Of a stretch of 64,000 nt of DNA, positions 26,066-35,607 are shown one piece after another; within the stretch, counting starts at the first letter, position 1; each line of letters opens with the position of its first letter. The stretch covers positions 128,770-192,769 of the forward strand of contig CAZFNI010000002.1 of assembly GCA_964520655.1 (NCBI GenBank). The letters run 5' to 3'. The DNA is from an uncultured Planctomycetales bacterium (GTDB taxonomy: Bacteria > Omnitrophota > Gorgyraeia > Zapsychrales > Fredricksoniimonadaceae). The notes under the pieces were generated by a model that saw only the letters and a list, made by a program, of their open reading frames with translations, did not search any database and was not told the DNA's origin. The position numbers and the translations under genes are program-made.

Positions 26066-26637
26066 TTCTCCATCCTCCGTTCGATCCTTTTGTCAGGGAC
26101 AAGCCACATGAGCGCCACCAAAATATAAAACACATTTGAGAACAGGACATAATAAAAACTTGACGCGATCCCAAGTAGATAAAAAACGATGGAAACCTTT
26201 CCTTTGAGGTCATTGCCTACAGCCTTGGCCAGCAATGAATCTTTACCTTCCGCCCTGATCAAGACCCGGGTTAAAATGAAATAGGCGCACGCCGCAAGGA
26301 ACAGCACAACACCGTATACGGTCACGGGCAAAGGAGCAAAGTTATTCTCTCCCATCCAGCCCGTTGTGAACGGGAACAGCGATAACCAAAACAGCAAATG
26401 TAAATTCGCCCACAACACCGCACCGTTGACATGCCGCACGGCGTGGAATAAATGGTGATGGTTATTCCAATAGATCCCCAGATAAATAAAGCTTAAAACA
26501 TAGCAAAAAAAGACCGGAAGCATGGGCGCCAAAGCATGGATATCCTTTCCATGCGGGACTTTCATCTCCAATACCATGATGGTGATAATGATCGCGATCA
26601 CACCGTCACTAAAGGCTTCCAGCCTAGATTTTGTCAA
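26062..26637 (-). CDS. TMEM175/DUF1211-family putative potassium channel
   Basis: RLEAFSDGVIAIIITIMVLE signature at the N-terminus. Confidence 0.7.
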   Translation of the reverse strand: MTKSRLEAFSDGVIAIIITIMVLEMKVPHGKDIHALAPMLPVFFCYVLSFIYLGIYWNNHHHLFHAVRHVNGAVLWANLHLLFWLSLFPFTTGWMGENNFAPLPVTVYGVVLFLAACAYFILTRVLIRAEGKDSLLAKAVGNDLKGKVSIVFYLLGIASSFYYVLFSNVFYILVALMWLVPDKRIERRMEK

Positions 26638-27022
26638 AAGAAGCCTCCTGTTTATCGTCGAACGCGAATTTTTTAAGATCTTCTAACCGGATGAATTTCA
26701 GCGCTGCCGCATGGGTTGAAGATAACACAACATAAGGGGCGCAGCCGTTCTCAAAAGCTTCCTGCCAGCGCAGCGCGCATAAACACCACTGGTCACCGGC
26801 GATAAGGCCTGGGAAATCATACTCCGGCACCGGAGTTGAAAGGTCATTGCCGGCCATCCTAGAAAACTTTAAAAAATCATCTGTGACCCGGATACATACC
26901 GTATGCTGCCCGACATCCTCCTTGCCTGTGTTGCAAGAGCCATCACGGTAAAACCCCGTCATAGGAAATTTGCAGCATGGCGTTAATTTCCCGCCTAAGA
27001 CATTGATCGGTTCATCCATCAC
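26624..27022 (-). CDS. DUF2237-family small cysteine-containing protein
   Basis: PMTGFYRDGSCNTG...HTVC...GNDL...FPGLIAGDQWCLCALRW pattern. Confidence 0.55.
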   Translation of the reverse strand: MMDEPINVLGGKLTPCCKFPMTGFYRDGSCNTGKEDVGQHTVCIRVTDDFLKFSRMAGNDLSTPVPEYDFPGLIAGDQWCLCALRWQEAFENGCAPYVVLSSTHAAALKFIRLEDLKKFAFDDKQEASFDKI

Positions 27023-28833
27023 GTGTTCCCCCTTGTCTGAAATGCTTTTTCCACTACGGCTGGATCCCAGCCATGCTTGACCAGATCCGCCTTTAGCTGT
27101 TCCTGCTCCTCGCGAGATTTATTCGAGGCCAACTCCAGCAAAATATTGTAATTAAAAAGCTGCTGAGCGTTGAACTTCTGTTCCCACTGGCGCTCCTCCG
27201 TGGAATGATCAAGAAGTCTGGCGATCAACGCGATCAACAATGGTAGAAGCAAAACAATGACCGAGGAAACACAATCAATGCTCATCCGCGGCACAAGAAG
27301 GTAAGGCATCGTCGATAAGAACGCATCCATCAAGTAATGCGCAGTGATCACGGCCACCAGCCCAAAACGCAAATACGCAAAACCCAGAATGATCCCCAGA
27401 CAGGTCACCTCTAAGCCCCTAAACCACATGGGATAGATCTGATAGCCCGTATGACCAACACCCCACATGAGCGCGGTTAGAACAACCGCCCACGCCCCTA
27501 AACGGTAACGCCGCAGCAAATTGATACCGAACAGGCGGAACATGGTCTCTTCGGAAAAGGAAGCCTGGAACGCGATCATCATCGCGGTAACAGCGGGGAA
27601 CGCCGAAGATGAAGCTTTGGACAGCCAGGATAATTCTTCCCAAACTCCGCAATAATGATACCCGATGTCATAAATGAACGATTGCACTCCAAGGATAAAC
27701 GCGCAAAGCGCGTAGCCGATCACGATCGATCGCGCTGTTGATGCAGAAAAGAATGACGACAGGATAGGGCTTAGAAAACCCCTGTTTTTCTTATCAACAT
27801 CTACTTCAAAACGCAATGACTCCCCCGCCAGCCCAGGAACTATGAACGCTAAGGCAATAAACAAGGGATTCAATAAATTCTCAACGATACGCCGCACGAC
27901 ATATCCGCCAAAGGCCTGTGTCGTTGAATATTCAAAGAGTAAATACTGGAATGAATTGAAAACTTCAATAAATAACAAAATATACAGAACGATCCCAAGC
28001 CTCACATAGAACGAACGGACGATCCTTGGCACGAAATGATGTTTATTATTGACCACCAGCATGATGGCCATGGTGAGCAAGCATAAATAGACAATTCGAA
28101 AGACAAGCGTTAAATTCCTGCCCGTCTGTTTCAAATTGTCAACATAGCGTTCAAACCCGTCAGGGATATCAAAATTGGCTTTGGTAAAAGATAAAATATC
28201 CTTACCGGAAACCGTGACGCTGGTGATCAATTTCGCGCTCCCGCCACCCAGGGCAGGATCCCAGGGGATATTCACCTTCGTTGATTCCCAACTGAACCTG
28301 TAGTCCGTCCTGTTCAATTGCTTCACCGTATTATCACTGTGCAGTAGATGATCTTGAGAGGAAAAACCAAACTGGTGTTTCAAAAAATCTAACGCTAAAA
28401 GCCTGGCGCTATCCTTTTCAACGAACGGCCGGCTTTCGCTTTCATCGATCACATGGCTGTAACCGATCACCTTACCAGTGCGGGAACTGACAAAAACCTG
28501 GAATTCTTCTTTTTGCTGTTCTTTAAAGAACCTGACTAACCATCCAAATAGATCATAGTCGATCTCTTTGATCAGCTTCTGGCTCGGCAATATCCCGATG
28601 GTGCGCTGCAGATACCTATCTGTTCCATCGTCTGATTCGAAAATAACAGCGGTTTGATAGCCCTTGGTGTCAACACCAAGAGACATAAGAAAACCACTGG
28701 CTGCTTCAAGAGCCTTGTCCTGTTTGACTGAAAGATCAATGTATTGATAACGCGGCAAGGCAAACTGCACCCACCACACAACACCCAGGAAAGCGAAGAC
28801 CAGTAAGATAGCAGGCGTTAAAAATCTTTTCAA
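27019..28833 (-). CDS. CPBP-family (CAAX/Abi) intramembrane metalloprotease with large N-terminal domain
   Basis: EETMFR, GHTGYQ and HYLMD motifs in the C-terminal TM region. Confidence 0.7.
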   Translation of the reverse strand: MKRFLTPAILLVFAFLGVVWWVQFALPRYQYIDLSVKQDKALEAASGFLMSLGVDTKGYQTAVIFESDDGTDRYLQRTIGILPSQKLIKEIDYDLFGWLVRFFKEQQKEEFQVFVSSRTGKVIGYSHVIDESESRPFVEKDSARLLALDFLKHQFGFSSQDHLLHSDNTVKQLNRTDYRFSWESTKVNIPWDPALGGGSAKLITSVTVSGKDILSFTKANFDIPDGFERYVDNLKQTGRNLTLVFRIVYLCLLTMAIMLVVNNKHHFVPRIVRSFYVRLGIVLYILLFIEVFNSFQYLLFEYSTTQAFGGYVVRRIVENLLNPLFIALAFIVPGLAGESLRFEVDVDKKNRGFLSPILSSFFSASTARSIVIGYALCAFILGVQSFIYDIGYHYCGVWEELSWLSKASSSAFPAVTAMMIAFQASFSEETMFRLFGINLLRRYRLGAWAVVLTALMWGVGHTGYQIYPMWFRGLEVTCLGIILGFAYLRFGLVAVITAHYLMDAFLSTMPYLLVPRMSIDCVSSVIVLLLPLLIALIARLLDHSTEERQWEQKFNAQQLFNYNILLELASNKSREEQEQLKADLVKHGWDPAVVEKAFQTRGNT

Positions 28834-30110
28834 ACCACCTCTCCGATCATTGTTTGCCCGGCACAGGACACAAAACGAACTCTCCTAAACCGGTTAAAAA
28901 GGTCATCGGTTGACTTGATCGTCACCCGCACATAATTATCCGTCAACCCTACCCAGCCTCCCTTAACCGCGGACTCAAACAACACATCCATTTCCAGCCC
29001 AACCTGAGACTCGTAATAGGCACGACGCTTGCGTTCAGACAATGCACGAAGCACCTGACTGCGTTTGGTGATGACCGCTGCCGGTAAAGCCTCTTTCAAA
29101 CGGCTCTTGGCCATCTGTCTTGCTGAATAGCTGAATACATGACAGTAATGGATAGGCGAATCCTTAAGCAAGGTCAGCGTATTCTCAAAATGAGCATCGC
29201 TTTCGCCGGGAAAGCCTACGATCACATCGGTCCCGATGCAGATATTATCCACATTATTGAACGCCCGGTCAGCAAATTCCAAGAATTCTTGAGCCGTGTA
29301 ATGGCGGGACATCTCGCTTAAAATCTGGTCATCACCGCTTTGCAGGGGGATGTGCAGATGCCGGCATAATTTCCCACTCCTCATTCGCTCAATAAGCTTG
29401 TCGGGGATGGTAGTCGGCTCGATCGATGAAATGCGGATGCGTCTTAATCCGTCGATCTTTTCTAACCCTTCAATAACATCCAAAATATCTTTTGATCCAT
29501 AACGGTAGGTGCCGAGATTGATCCCCGTCAATATGATCTCTTGATGTCCAGACTTCACCAGAGTATTAGCCTCAAGGAAAATATCCTCAAAAACACGACT
29601 GCGTGCTCTGCCGCGGGCATAGGGGATCTCGCAAAAAGAACAAAAGAAATCACAGCCGTCCTGAATTTTAAGATTGGCTCTACGGTGCTGACGGTCAATG
29701 GACGCAACAGGAAGGACAAAAGGATCTCGACTGATCGAAGGGGCAGTCACAAGCGGTGCCTGTGGTTCTGGATCCTCAGAAAGCACCCTGACTAGATCCA
29801 TCTTGCGCTCATTGCCGACGATCCAGGACACATTGGGTAAACTGGCCAACTGGTCTTTCTGCACTTGAGCCTGGCAGCCGACAAGCGCGATACGCGCTTT
29901 GGGATTAAGACGATTAACACGGTAAACCATGCGCCGCGTATCGGCATCGCCGCCCTGTGTCACGGTGCAAGTATTAATGACCACAATGTCCGCGGGATCC
30001 TTGAGGTCAACAACATCATATCCTTGCAGTGTGAAAGAATTCTCCAAAGACGCGGTCTCTGATTGATTAAGACGACAGCCGAATGTATGAAAAGACACGC
30101 GTTTGGTCAT
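28830..30110 (-). CDS. mtaB: MiaB-like tRNA methylthiotransferase, MtaB-type (radical SAM)
   Basis: MTTase N-terminal domain, radical-SAM CDFFCSFC and TRAM-like C-terminus. Confidence 0.75.
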   Translation of the reverse strand: MTKRVSFHTFGCRLNQSETASLENSFTLQGYDVVDLKDPADIVVINTCTVTQGGDADTRRMVYRVNRLNPKARIALVGCQAQVQKDQLASLPNVSWIVGNERKMDLVRVLSEDPEPQAPLVTAPSISRDPFVLPVASIDRQHRRANLKIQDGCDFFCSFCEIPYARGRARSRVFEDIFLEANTLVKSGHQEIILTGINLGTYRYGSKDILDVIEGLEKIDGLRRIRISSIEPTTIPDKLIERMRSGKLCRHLHIPLQSGDDQILSEMSRHYTAQEFLEFADRAFNNVDNICIGTDVIVGFPGESDAHFENTLTLLKDSPIHYCHVFSYSARQMAKSRLKEALPAAVITKRSQVLRALSERKRRAYYESQVGLEMDVLFESAVKGGWVGLTDNYVRVTIKSTDDLFNRFRRVRFVSCAGQTMIGEVV

Positions 30111-31075
30111 GAGACCTTAAGTTCCGAAAGATGTTTGATGCGTTTAAGCATATTCGGATGAGTTCCCAGTAATTCCATCATTTTCTCAGTTGGTGACAGG
30201 ATCACGTATTTATTGCGCAGCAAATACAGTTCATCCGCGTCGATCGTCCCGCTGTTGTCCATATCCAGCTGTTTAAGCTCCCGAATCTCCTTTAGCGCCT
30301 TGGAAGGATCATTGATAAAGAACGCTTTCATCCCCTCCTGGGTCCTCATGTCGGGAGAGTCGCCGTATTTCGCTGAACCATATACCAGCTTGAACAATGC
30401 TGTGGCTAAATGCTCTGGCTTATTCCCCAAATCGACCGCCCCCTTGTCGGCATAAAATTCTCTGATCCTTGAACCATACAGGACAAGCAAATTTGTAATA
30501 AAATAGAAAATAAATGCCGCCATCCCAATCACAAAACCGCTGGGGGCATTGCGGCTGTCCCTGCGGTTGCCGTACCAGATAAAATGCCAGGCAATACGAT
30601 ACAGGATCATCGGCACGACGGACAGCATCGTGATCGTCAGCACATCCCTGTTCTTAATATGAGTAAGTTCATGACCGAGAACAGCTTTTAACTCATTGTC
30701 ATTAAGCAAGCGCATGATACCCGCCGACACACAGACCCGTCCGTCATTGACACCGCGGCCGAAGGCGAACGCATTGGGCACATCAGATGGACAAACACAG
30801 ACACGCGGCATGGGGATATTGGCCTTGCGGGCCAGATCCTCGACCATATCCCACAGTTTCGGAAAATCATCCCGTTTAATATAACGCAGCTGCATGGTCC
30901 AGGTGATCAGCGACGGTCCAACCATGTACTGGATGATCATCATCCCAATAGAGAGCGACAAATAAAGATAAAAATTATATACCCCAAGAGTCGTACTGAG
31001 CATCACAATGGTCATGTAAATAAGCGAGAACATGACAGCGATCAGAATATACATTTGAATATGCAGCGGAACCAT
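30107..31075 (-). CDS. htpX: HtpX-family M48 zinc metalloprotease with a C-terminal EF-hand-like loop
   Basis: HELTHIKNRD zinc site and TM helices; C-terminal DMDNSGTIDADEL matches the DxDxSGxIxxxE EF-hand calcium-loop pattern. Confidence 0.8.
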   Translation of the reverse strand: MVPLHIQMYILIAVMFSLIYMTIVMLSTTLGVYNFYLYLSLSIGMMIIQYMVGPSLITWTMQLRYIKRDDFPKLWDMVEDLARKANIPMPRVCVCPSDVPNAFAFGRGVNDGRVCVSAGIMRLLNDNELKAVLGHELTHIKNRDVLTITMLSVVPMILYRIAWHFIWYGNRRDSRNAPSGFVIGMAAFIFYFITNLLVLYGSRIREFYADKGAVDLGNKPEHLATALFKLVYGSAKYGDSPDMRTQEGMKAFFINDPSKALKEIRELKQLDMDNSGTIDADELYLLRNKYVILSPTEKMMELLGTHPNMLKRIKHLSELKVS

Positions 31076-31093
31076 ACGCTCAACACTCCTTGC

Positions 31094-31456
31094 TTAAAAC
31101 TTTGATGTCATTAATAAAAACCAGCCTACAAGAAAGCATACACCGCCAAGCGGGGTAATAGCACCCAGCCACTTGATCGATGTGATGGACAATGCATATA
31201 AACTCCCCGAGAACAGGATAATGCCTGCCAATAAAAAGTACCCCGCCCAGATCACTTGACCATCTTTGGTGATGGTTGAGGCCCAGGCGATCACGAACAA
31301 CCCGAGGGCATGGATCAAATGGTACAACACTCCGGTTTTATACACTTCCAAATAATGTTCGGTTATCTTGCCCCTTAAGGCGTGCGCGCCGAAGGCACCA
31401 AGCATCACACCCAGCAGCATCAATAGCGACGCGATCCTAATCCAGACCATAGACAT
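31094..31456 (-). CDS. DUF423-family membrane protein
   Basis: LGAFGAHAL... pattern. Confidence 0.65.
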   Translation of the reverse strand: MSMVWIRIASLLMLLGVMLGAFGAHALRGKITEHYLEVYKTGVLYHLIHALGLFVIAWASTITKDGQVIWAGYFLLAGIILFSGSLYALSITSIKWLGAITPLGGVCFLVGWFLLMTSKF

Positions 31457-32681
31457 TCTCCTTTAAATAGTCAAGACCCAGGCGGAATGCTTCCCGCGTT
31501 GCCTTGACCCTCACATCGAACCAGATATCACCGCTGGTTCCTGACATACCGAACGCTTTTATCAACAATGCATTGTCCTTCGCGGATAATTGTTCACGCT
31601 GTTCTTCAACGTCGATCTTCTCTCCTAAAAACCCTTCAATATCAAAATTGATCTCACCGCGCTTATACGTCCCATCCTTCTGACGCGCAGTTAACATGAT
31701 CCTGGCTGGTCGTTTAAGCGGCATTGCGCAGCTGCCCTCAATGCCGTTACGGATGACTATCGCTCCTTTAAAACCCGCTCTCTCGGAAATGGCCAGCATT
31801 TTCTCGCCAAATGGCGGGTGATACGCTGAAGATATCATGATGTCCGCTTTTGCAGGGTTAATGAATTTCTCCAAAGTGCTTAAAAAAGGCCTCTTCACCG
31901 TCTGGCGTCTGATCTCTATCCATCGGTCAACCTGCGGCGCGATGTCTTGCTGGGCGTATATCCAGCCATAACGAGGCTTTACACTTCCCAGATCCGCGTT
32001 GCTCGCCGCGCGGGTATGCTCAAGATGGGACAACACATCCCATAAATTCATGACGAGCTTAGGCCCGCCGTTACGCCCCACCATGTGGATGACCCTGTAC
32101 CCCAGGCTCTGTACGTATTCGCCGACAATAGGCGTGACCATATACGCATGGTCGACCCCGTCGAATGGTTCGGCGATCGAAACGATCGGCTCCCCTCGAG
32201 GCACAGCCCCTTGAAAAGAAGGGGTTATTGTCTCCTGGATGGCCTGGGCTAATCCAGCGTATTCCTCCTGGGTCTCATAGCGAACCCTTAGCATGGAGGC
32301 GATAAAACCACGCGCGCCGTCGCCTTGTTCGTTGGAAAATAAGAACTTCCCCAAGTCATACGCTGTTGCTGTATCCAATGTCTTGCCTTGAGCCAATTGG
32401 TGGCAGACCCATTTGACAAATTCCGGCGCATCCGATGAGATATCCTCAACGATCTGATGGGCATCCGCAACCAACATAGACTCAGCTGGATCAACCCCTT
32501 TAGCCAAAAGCCCGGCAAAAAATGCTCCTTTTGAGGCCGCAGGCACCCTGCCTTCATCCAGGTCCGATTTGATCAAAGCCGCCAGCTTAAGGGTAATGCT
32601 CTTACTTCCTTTTTTACCGATCCCGACAGTCTTGATACCCTGGACAATGGCAGCGTCATTGTTGTCTAAAACGATCGCCAT
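31437..32681 (-). CDS. TrpD-fold (glycosyltransferase family 3-like, YbiB/TrpD2-like) protein lacking the GTGGD motif
   Basis: N-terminal helical region resembles the TrpD N-domain; the VGRNGGPKLVMNLWDVLSHL segment parallels TrpD GNRSVSSKSGSADVLEALG. Assignment is tentative. Confidence 0.35.
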   Translation of the reverse strand: MAIVLDNNDAAIVQGIKTVGIGKKGSKSITLKLAALIKSDLDEGRVPAASKGAFFAGLLAKGVDPAESMLVADAHQIVEDISSDAPEFVKWVCHQLAQGKTLDTATAYDLGKFLFSNEQGDGARGFIASMLRVRYETQEEYAGLAQAIQETITPSFQGAVPRGEPIVSIAEPFDGVDHAYMVTPIVGEYVQSLGYRVIHMVGRNGGPKLVMNLWDVLSHLEHTRAASNADLGSVKPRYGWIYAQQDIAPQVDRWIEIRRQTVKRPFLSTLEKFINPAKADIMISSAYHPPFGEKMLAISERAGFKGAIVIRNGIEGSCAMPLKRPARIMLTARQKDGTYKRGEINFDIEGFLGEKIDVEEQREQLSAKDNALLIKAFGMSGTSGDIWFDVRVKATREAFRLGLDYLKENVYGLD

Positions 32682-32790
32682 AAGTGTTTAATTATAAACA
32701 TTTTGGCTGAAAAGGCAACAAAAGCCTAGGGGGGTCTATCGCAGGGAATCCCATTGCATCAAGAGGAATTTATACTATAATGTCCCCCCT

Positions 32791-33762
32791 ATGCAGATCG
32801 GCCAAGTTAATATCGATAAACCCTTATGCCTTGCTCCCATGGAAGACGTTACCGAGCTTCCGTTCCGTATCATTTGCAAACGTTTGGGTGCGGATATCGT
32901 CTATACGGAATTTACTTCTTCTGAAGGGTTGATCAGGGAAATCCCCCGTATCATGGAAAAAGTCCGTATCTGCGATGAAGAACGACCGGTATCCATTCAA
33001 ATATTCGGCGGCCGGCCAGAAGCCATGGGCGGTGCGGCCGAGGTCATTGAAAAACTAAACCCTGATTTTATTGATATTAATTGCGGCTGCTGGGTTAAGA
33101 ACCATGTGGCCCGCAATGAAGGCGCGGGATTGCTGCGCGACCTGCCCTTGTTTGAATCGGTTGTCAAAGCAACTGTCAAGGGCACTAAACTGCCGGTGAC
33201 CGTCAAAACACGTCTGGGCTGGGATGAGAATAGCATTGTCATCACCGATGTCGCCAAAATGGTTGAGAACGTCGGAGCCAAAGCATTGACCCTGCACTGC
33301 CGCACCCGTTCCCAGGCACACAGCGGATTCGCGGACTGGAACTGGCTGGAAAAGATCAAAAAAGTGATCAAGATCCCCTTGATCGGCAATGGCGATGTCA
33401 CAAGTCCTGAGGATGTCAAGGCGATGTTCGAAACCGGCTGCGATGGGGTGATGATAGGACGTGGAGCGATCGCTAACCCCTGGATATTCCGTCAGGCTAA
33501 ACATTACCTTAAAACAGGCACATTAGAGCCAGAACCAACCATTGAAGAAAAAATCAACATGTGTATTGAACATTTGCGTCTTAATGTGCAATATAAAGGC
33601 GAGCGTTATGGTGTTTTGACCTTTAGAAAACATTATGTGGGCTATTTAAAAGGACTGCCCAATATCACACCGGTCAGGACAATGCTCATGACATTCACAG
33701 AATTAAACCAGGTTATTGACTGCCTTAATCAATATTTGGCGAACCACCATGAAAAAGTTTGA
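32791..33762 (+). CDS. dus: tRNA-dihydrouridine synthase
   Basis: LAPMEDVTELPFRIICKRLGADIVYTEF and the INCGCW catalytic Cys region. Confidence 0.85.
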   Translation: MQIGQVNIDKPLCLAPMEDVTELPFRIICKRLGADIVYTEFTSSEGLIREIPRIMEKVRICDEERPVSIQIFGGRPEAMGGAAEVIEKLNPDFIDINCGCWVKNHVARNEGAGLLRDLPLFESVVKATVKGTKLPVTVKTRLGWDENSIVITDVAKMVENVGAKALTLHCRTRSQAHSGFADWNWLEKIKKVIKIPLIGNGDVTSPEDVKAMFETGCDGVMIGRGAIANPWIFRQAKHYLKTGTLEPEPTIEEKINMCIEHLRLNVQYKGERYGVLTFRKHYVGYLKGLPNITPVRTMLMTFTELNQVIDCLNQYLANHHEKV

Positions 33763-35140
33763 TATCATTGTCATCGGTTCCGGCGGCGGTGCGAAGATAA
33801 CGTCCCCTGCCGCAAGCATGGGACTTAAAGTCGCCGTCATTGAAAAAGACAAACTGGGTGGCACTTGTCTTAACCGCGGCTGCATCCCCTCGAAAATGCT
33901 CATTCATCCGGCGGATGTGGCGCAGACGATCAAGTCCGCGCATCGTTTCGATATCATCAACAACCCGCAATTCGACGTCAATTTTGCCAAACTCATCGAA
34001 CGCATTTCCGCGACGGTTGACAGCGATTCCGCCAAGATCGAGAACAGCTATAACAAACACCCCAACATCGACTACTATCACGGAACAGCCAAATTCCTCG
34101 ACAACTATACAGTTGAAGTTAACGGCGAAGAGATCACGGCAGAAAAAATCTTCATCGCTGTTGGGACAAGACCTAGCATCCCTTCGATCCCTGATCTTGC
34201 TGGCACACCGTTTATGACATCCACGGAAGCTTTGCGTAACACCCATTTACCGCGCTCAATGGTCATCATTGGTGCAGGCTACATCGCCTGTGAATTAGGC
34301 CACGCTTATGGGGCGCTTGGCACTCAAACTCATTTTTTAGTGCGATCCTCTTTTTTACGCAACGAGGATGGCGAGATCGCGGCGGAATTCAACCGCACCT
34401 TTAGCAAACACCACCATGTACTCTTGGGCAGCACCCCCACAAAAGTTGAATATGATCATCACACCTTCACGGTTCATTACACACAAAACGGCGTTGAACA
34501 AAAAATAGAAGCTGAAGCATTGCTTGTGGCCACAGGGATCACTCCTAACACGGACACGCTTGATCTGATCAATACTGACATCGAACTAGCGCCGGGGAAT
34601 TTCATTAGGACCAACGATCATCTCGAGACCAATGTTCCCGGGATTTACGCGCTGGGCGACTGTATCGGCCGCTATTTCTTTCGGCATAGTGTAAACTTCG
34701 AAGGAGAATACCTATTCGACCAAGTCTTTAACGGCAAGTCCAGAACGCCGATCGTTTACCCGCCGATACCCCATGCGATCTTTACTGACCCGCAAGTTGC
34801 CGGCGTCGGGAAAACGGAAGAACAGCTGATCCAAGACGGCACCCCTTATGTCGTCGGCTCAAATCCTTATAAAAGCTCGGCGATGGGCATGGCCCTCTTA
34901 TCTGATTCAGGCTTCTGCAAGATCCTTTTCTGCCAGAAAACACGCAAAATATTAGGCGCCCACATCATCGGACCGGAAGCATCCAACATGATCCATATGC
35001 TGATCGCCATGATGAACAAAGACGGCACCCTAGATGATCTTTTACGCATGGTCTACATCCATCCCGCGCTGCCCGAGATCGTCCGCAATGCGGCACGCAA
35101 AGCCAAGACCGCATTTGATAATCATTTGATAAGAGCCTAG
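33749..35140 (+). CDS. FAD-dependent pyridine nucleotide-disulfide oxidoreductase (dihydrolipoamide dehydrogenase-like)
   Basis: GSGGGA FAD motif and GGTCLNRGCIPSK redox-active disulfide; start at MKKFD. Confidence 0.75.
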   Translation: MKKFDIIVIGSGGGAKITSPAASMGLKVAVIEKDKLGGTCLNRGCIPSKMLIHPADVAQTIKSAHRFDIINNPQFDVNFAKLIERISATVDSDSAKIENSYNKHPNIDYYHGTAKFLDNYTVEVNGEEITAEKIFIAVGTRPSIPSIPDLAGTPFMTSTEALRNTHLPRSMVIIGAGYIACELGHAYGALGTQTHFLVRSSFLRNEDGEIAAEFNRTFSKHHHVLLGSTPTKVEYDHHTFTVHYTQNGVEQKIEAEALLVATGITPNTDTLDLINTDIELAPGNFIRTNDHLETNVPGIYALGDCIGRYFFRHSVNFEGEYLFDQVFNGKSRTPIVYPPIPHAIFTDPQVAGVGKTEEQLIQDGTPYVVGSNPYKSSAMGMALLSDSGFCKILFCQKTRKILGAHIIGPEASNMIHMLIAMMNKDGTLDDLLRMVYIHPALPEIVRNAARKAKTAFDNHLIRA

Positions 35141-35144
35141 GGAA

Positions 35145-35579
35145 CCCTCAGGGACACGGGATGCTTCTTTCCAGATGCTCACCCCCCCAGCCCCCACAAC
35201 AGATGCACGTTAGTTGAATGCAATGCTTGAGGTTAATCGTTGAGTATGAATTAATAGGGTTGCATCTGGTGGGGGACGTTCGCATCTTGAAAGAACATCC
35301 CGTATCCCTGAGGGTTGGCTAGCAAATCCTTCCAAAGCTACCAAAGAAGAACAGGGTAATTTCATGAGATGCGAAACGTCCCCCGTCACATGCTTACCTG
35401 ATTAGAACTACAAACAATTTACCTCAACCGTACGCCAAACGAACTAGTGCATGTGTTACGGGGGTTGGGGGGTGTTGAGCGATCGAATGAAGATTACCCT
35501 GGTCTTCTTTCATGGCGAGGATGTTCAGTCATGCCGGTGACAGATACCAATGAATGGAAGCATCCCGTGTCCCTGTGGG
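35145..35579. other. Intergenic element with nested and alternative long complementary segments; candidate structured RNA or switch
   Basis: Arm A 35145-35178 (CCCTCAGGGACACGGGATGCTTCTTTCCAGATGC) is near-perfectly complementary to 35282-35314 and also to 35556-35579. The C-rich 35181-35197 pairs with the G-rich 35459-35476, and GGGGGACGTT 35271-35280 pairs with AACGTCCCCC 35375-35384. It lies between convergent gene ends. Confidence 0.35.
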
Positions 35580-35607
35580 TTACATGCCTCTTATGCAAAT
35601 TAATTTG

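Noticed and set aside
33725-34246. 173-aa minus-strand and 125-aa plus-strand ORFs inside the oxidoreductase gene
   Set aside because: Antisense or alternative-frame shadows of a gene with clear FAD and redox-disulfide motifs.
35141-35607. Possibility that the structured intergenic element is a tmRNA, RNase P RNA, SRP RNA, CRISPR array or group II intron
   Set aside because: No tRNA-like acceptor or T-arm with CCA end, no GGAAAGUCCGG P4 motif, no repeat-spacer periodicity and no RT/maturase ORF. It therefore stays unclassified rather than being named.
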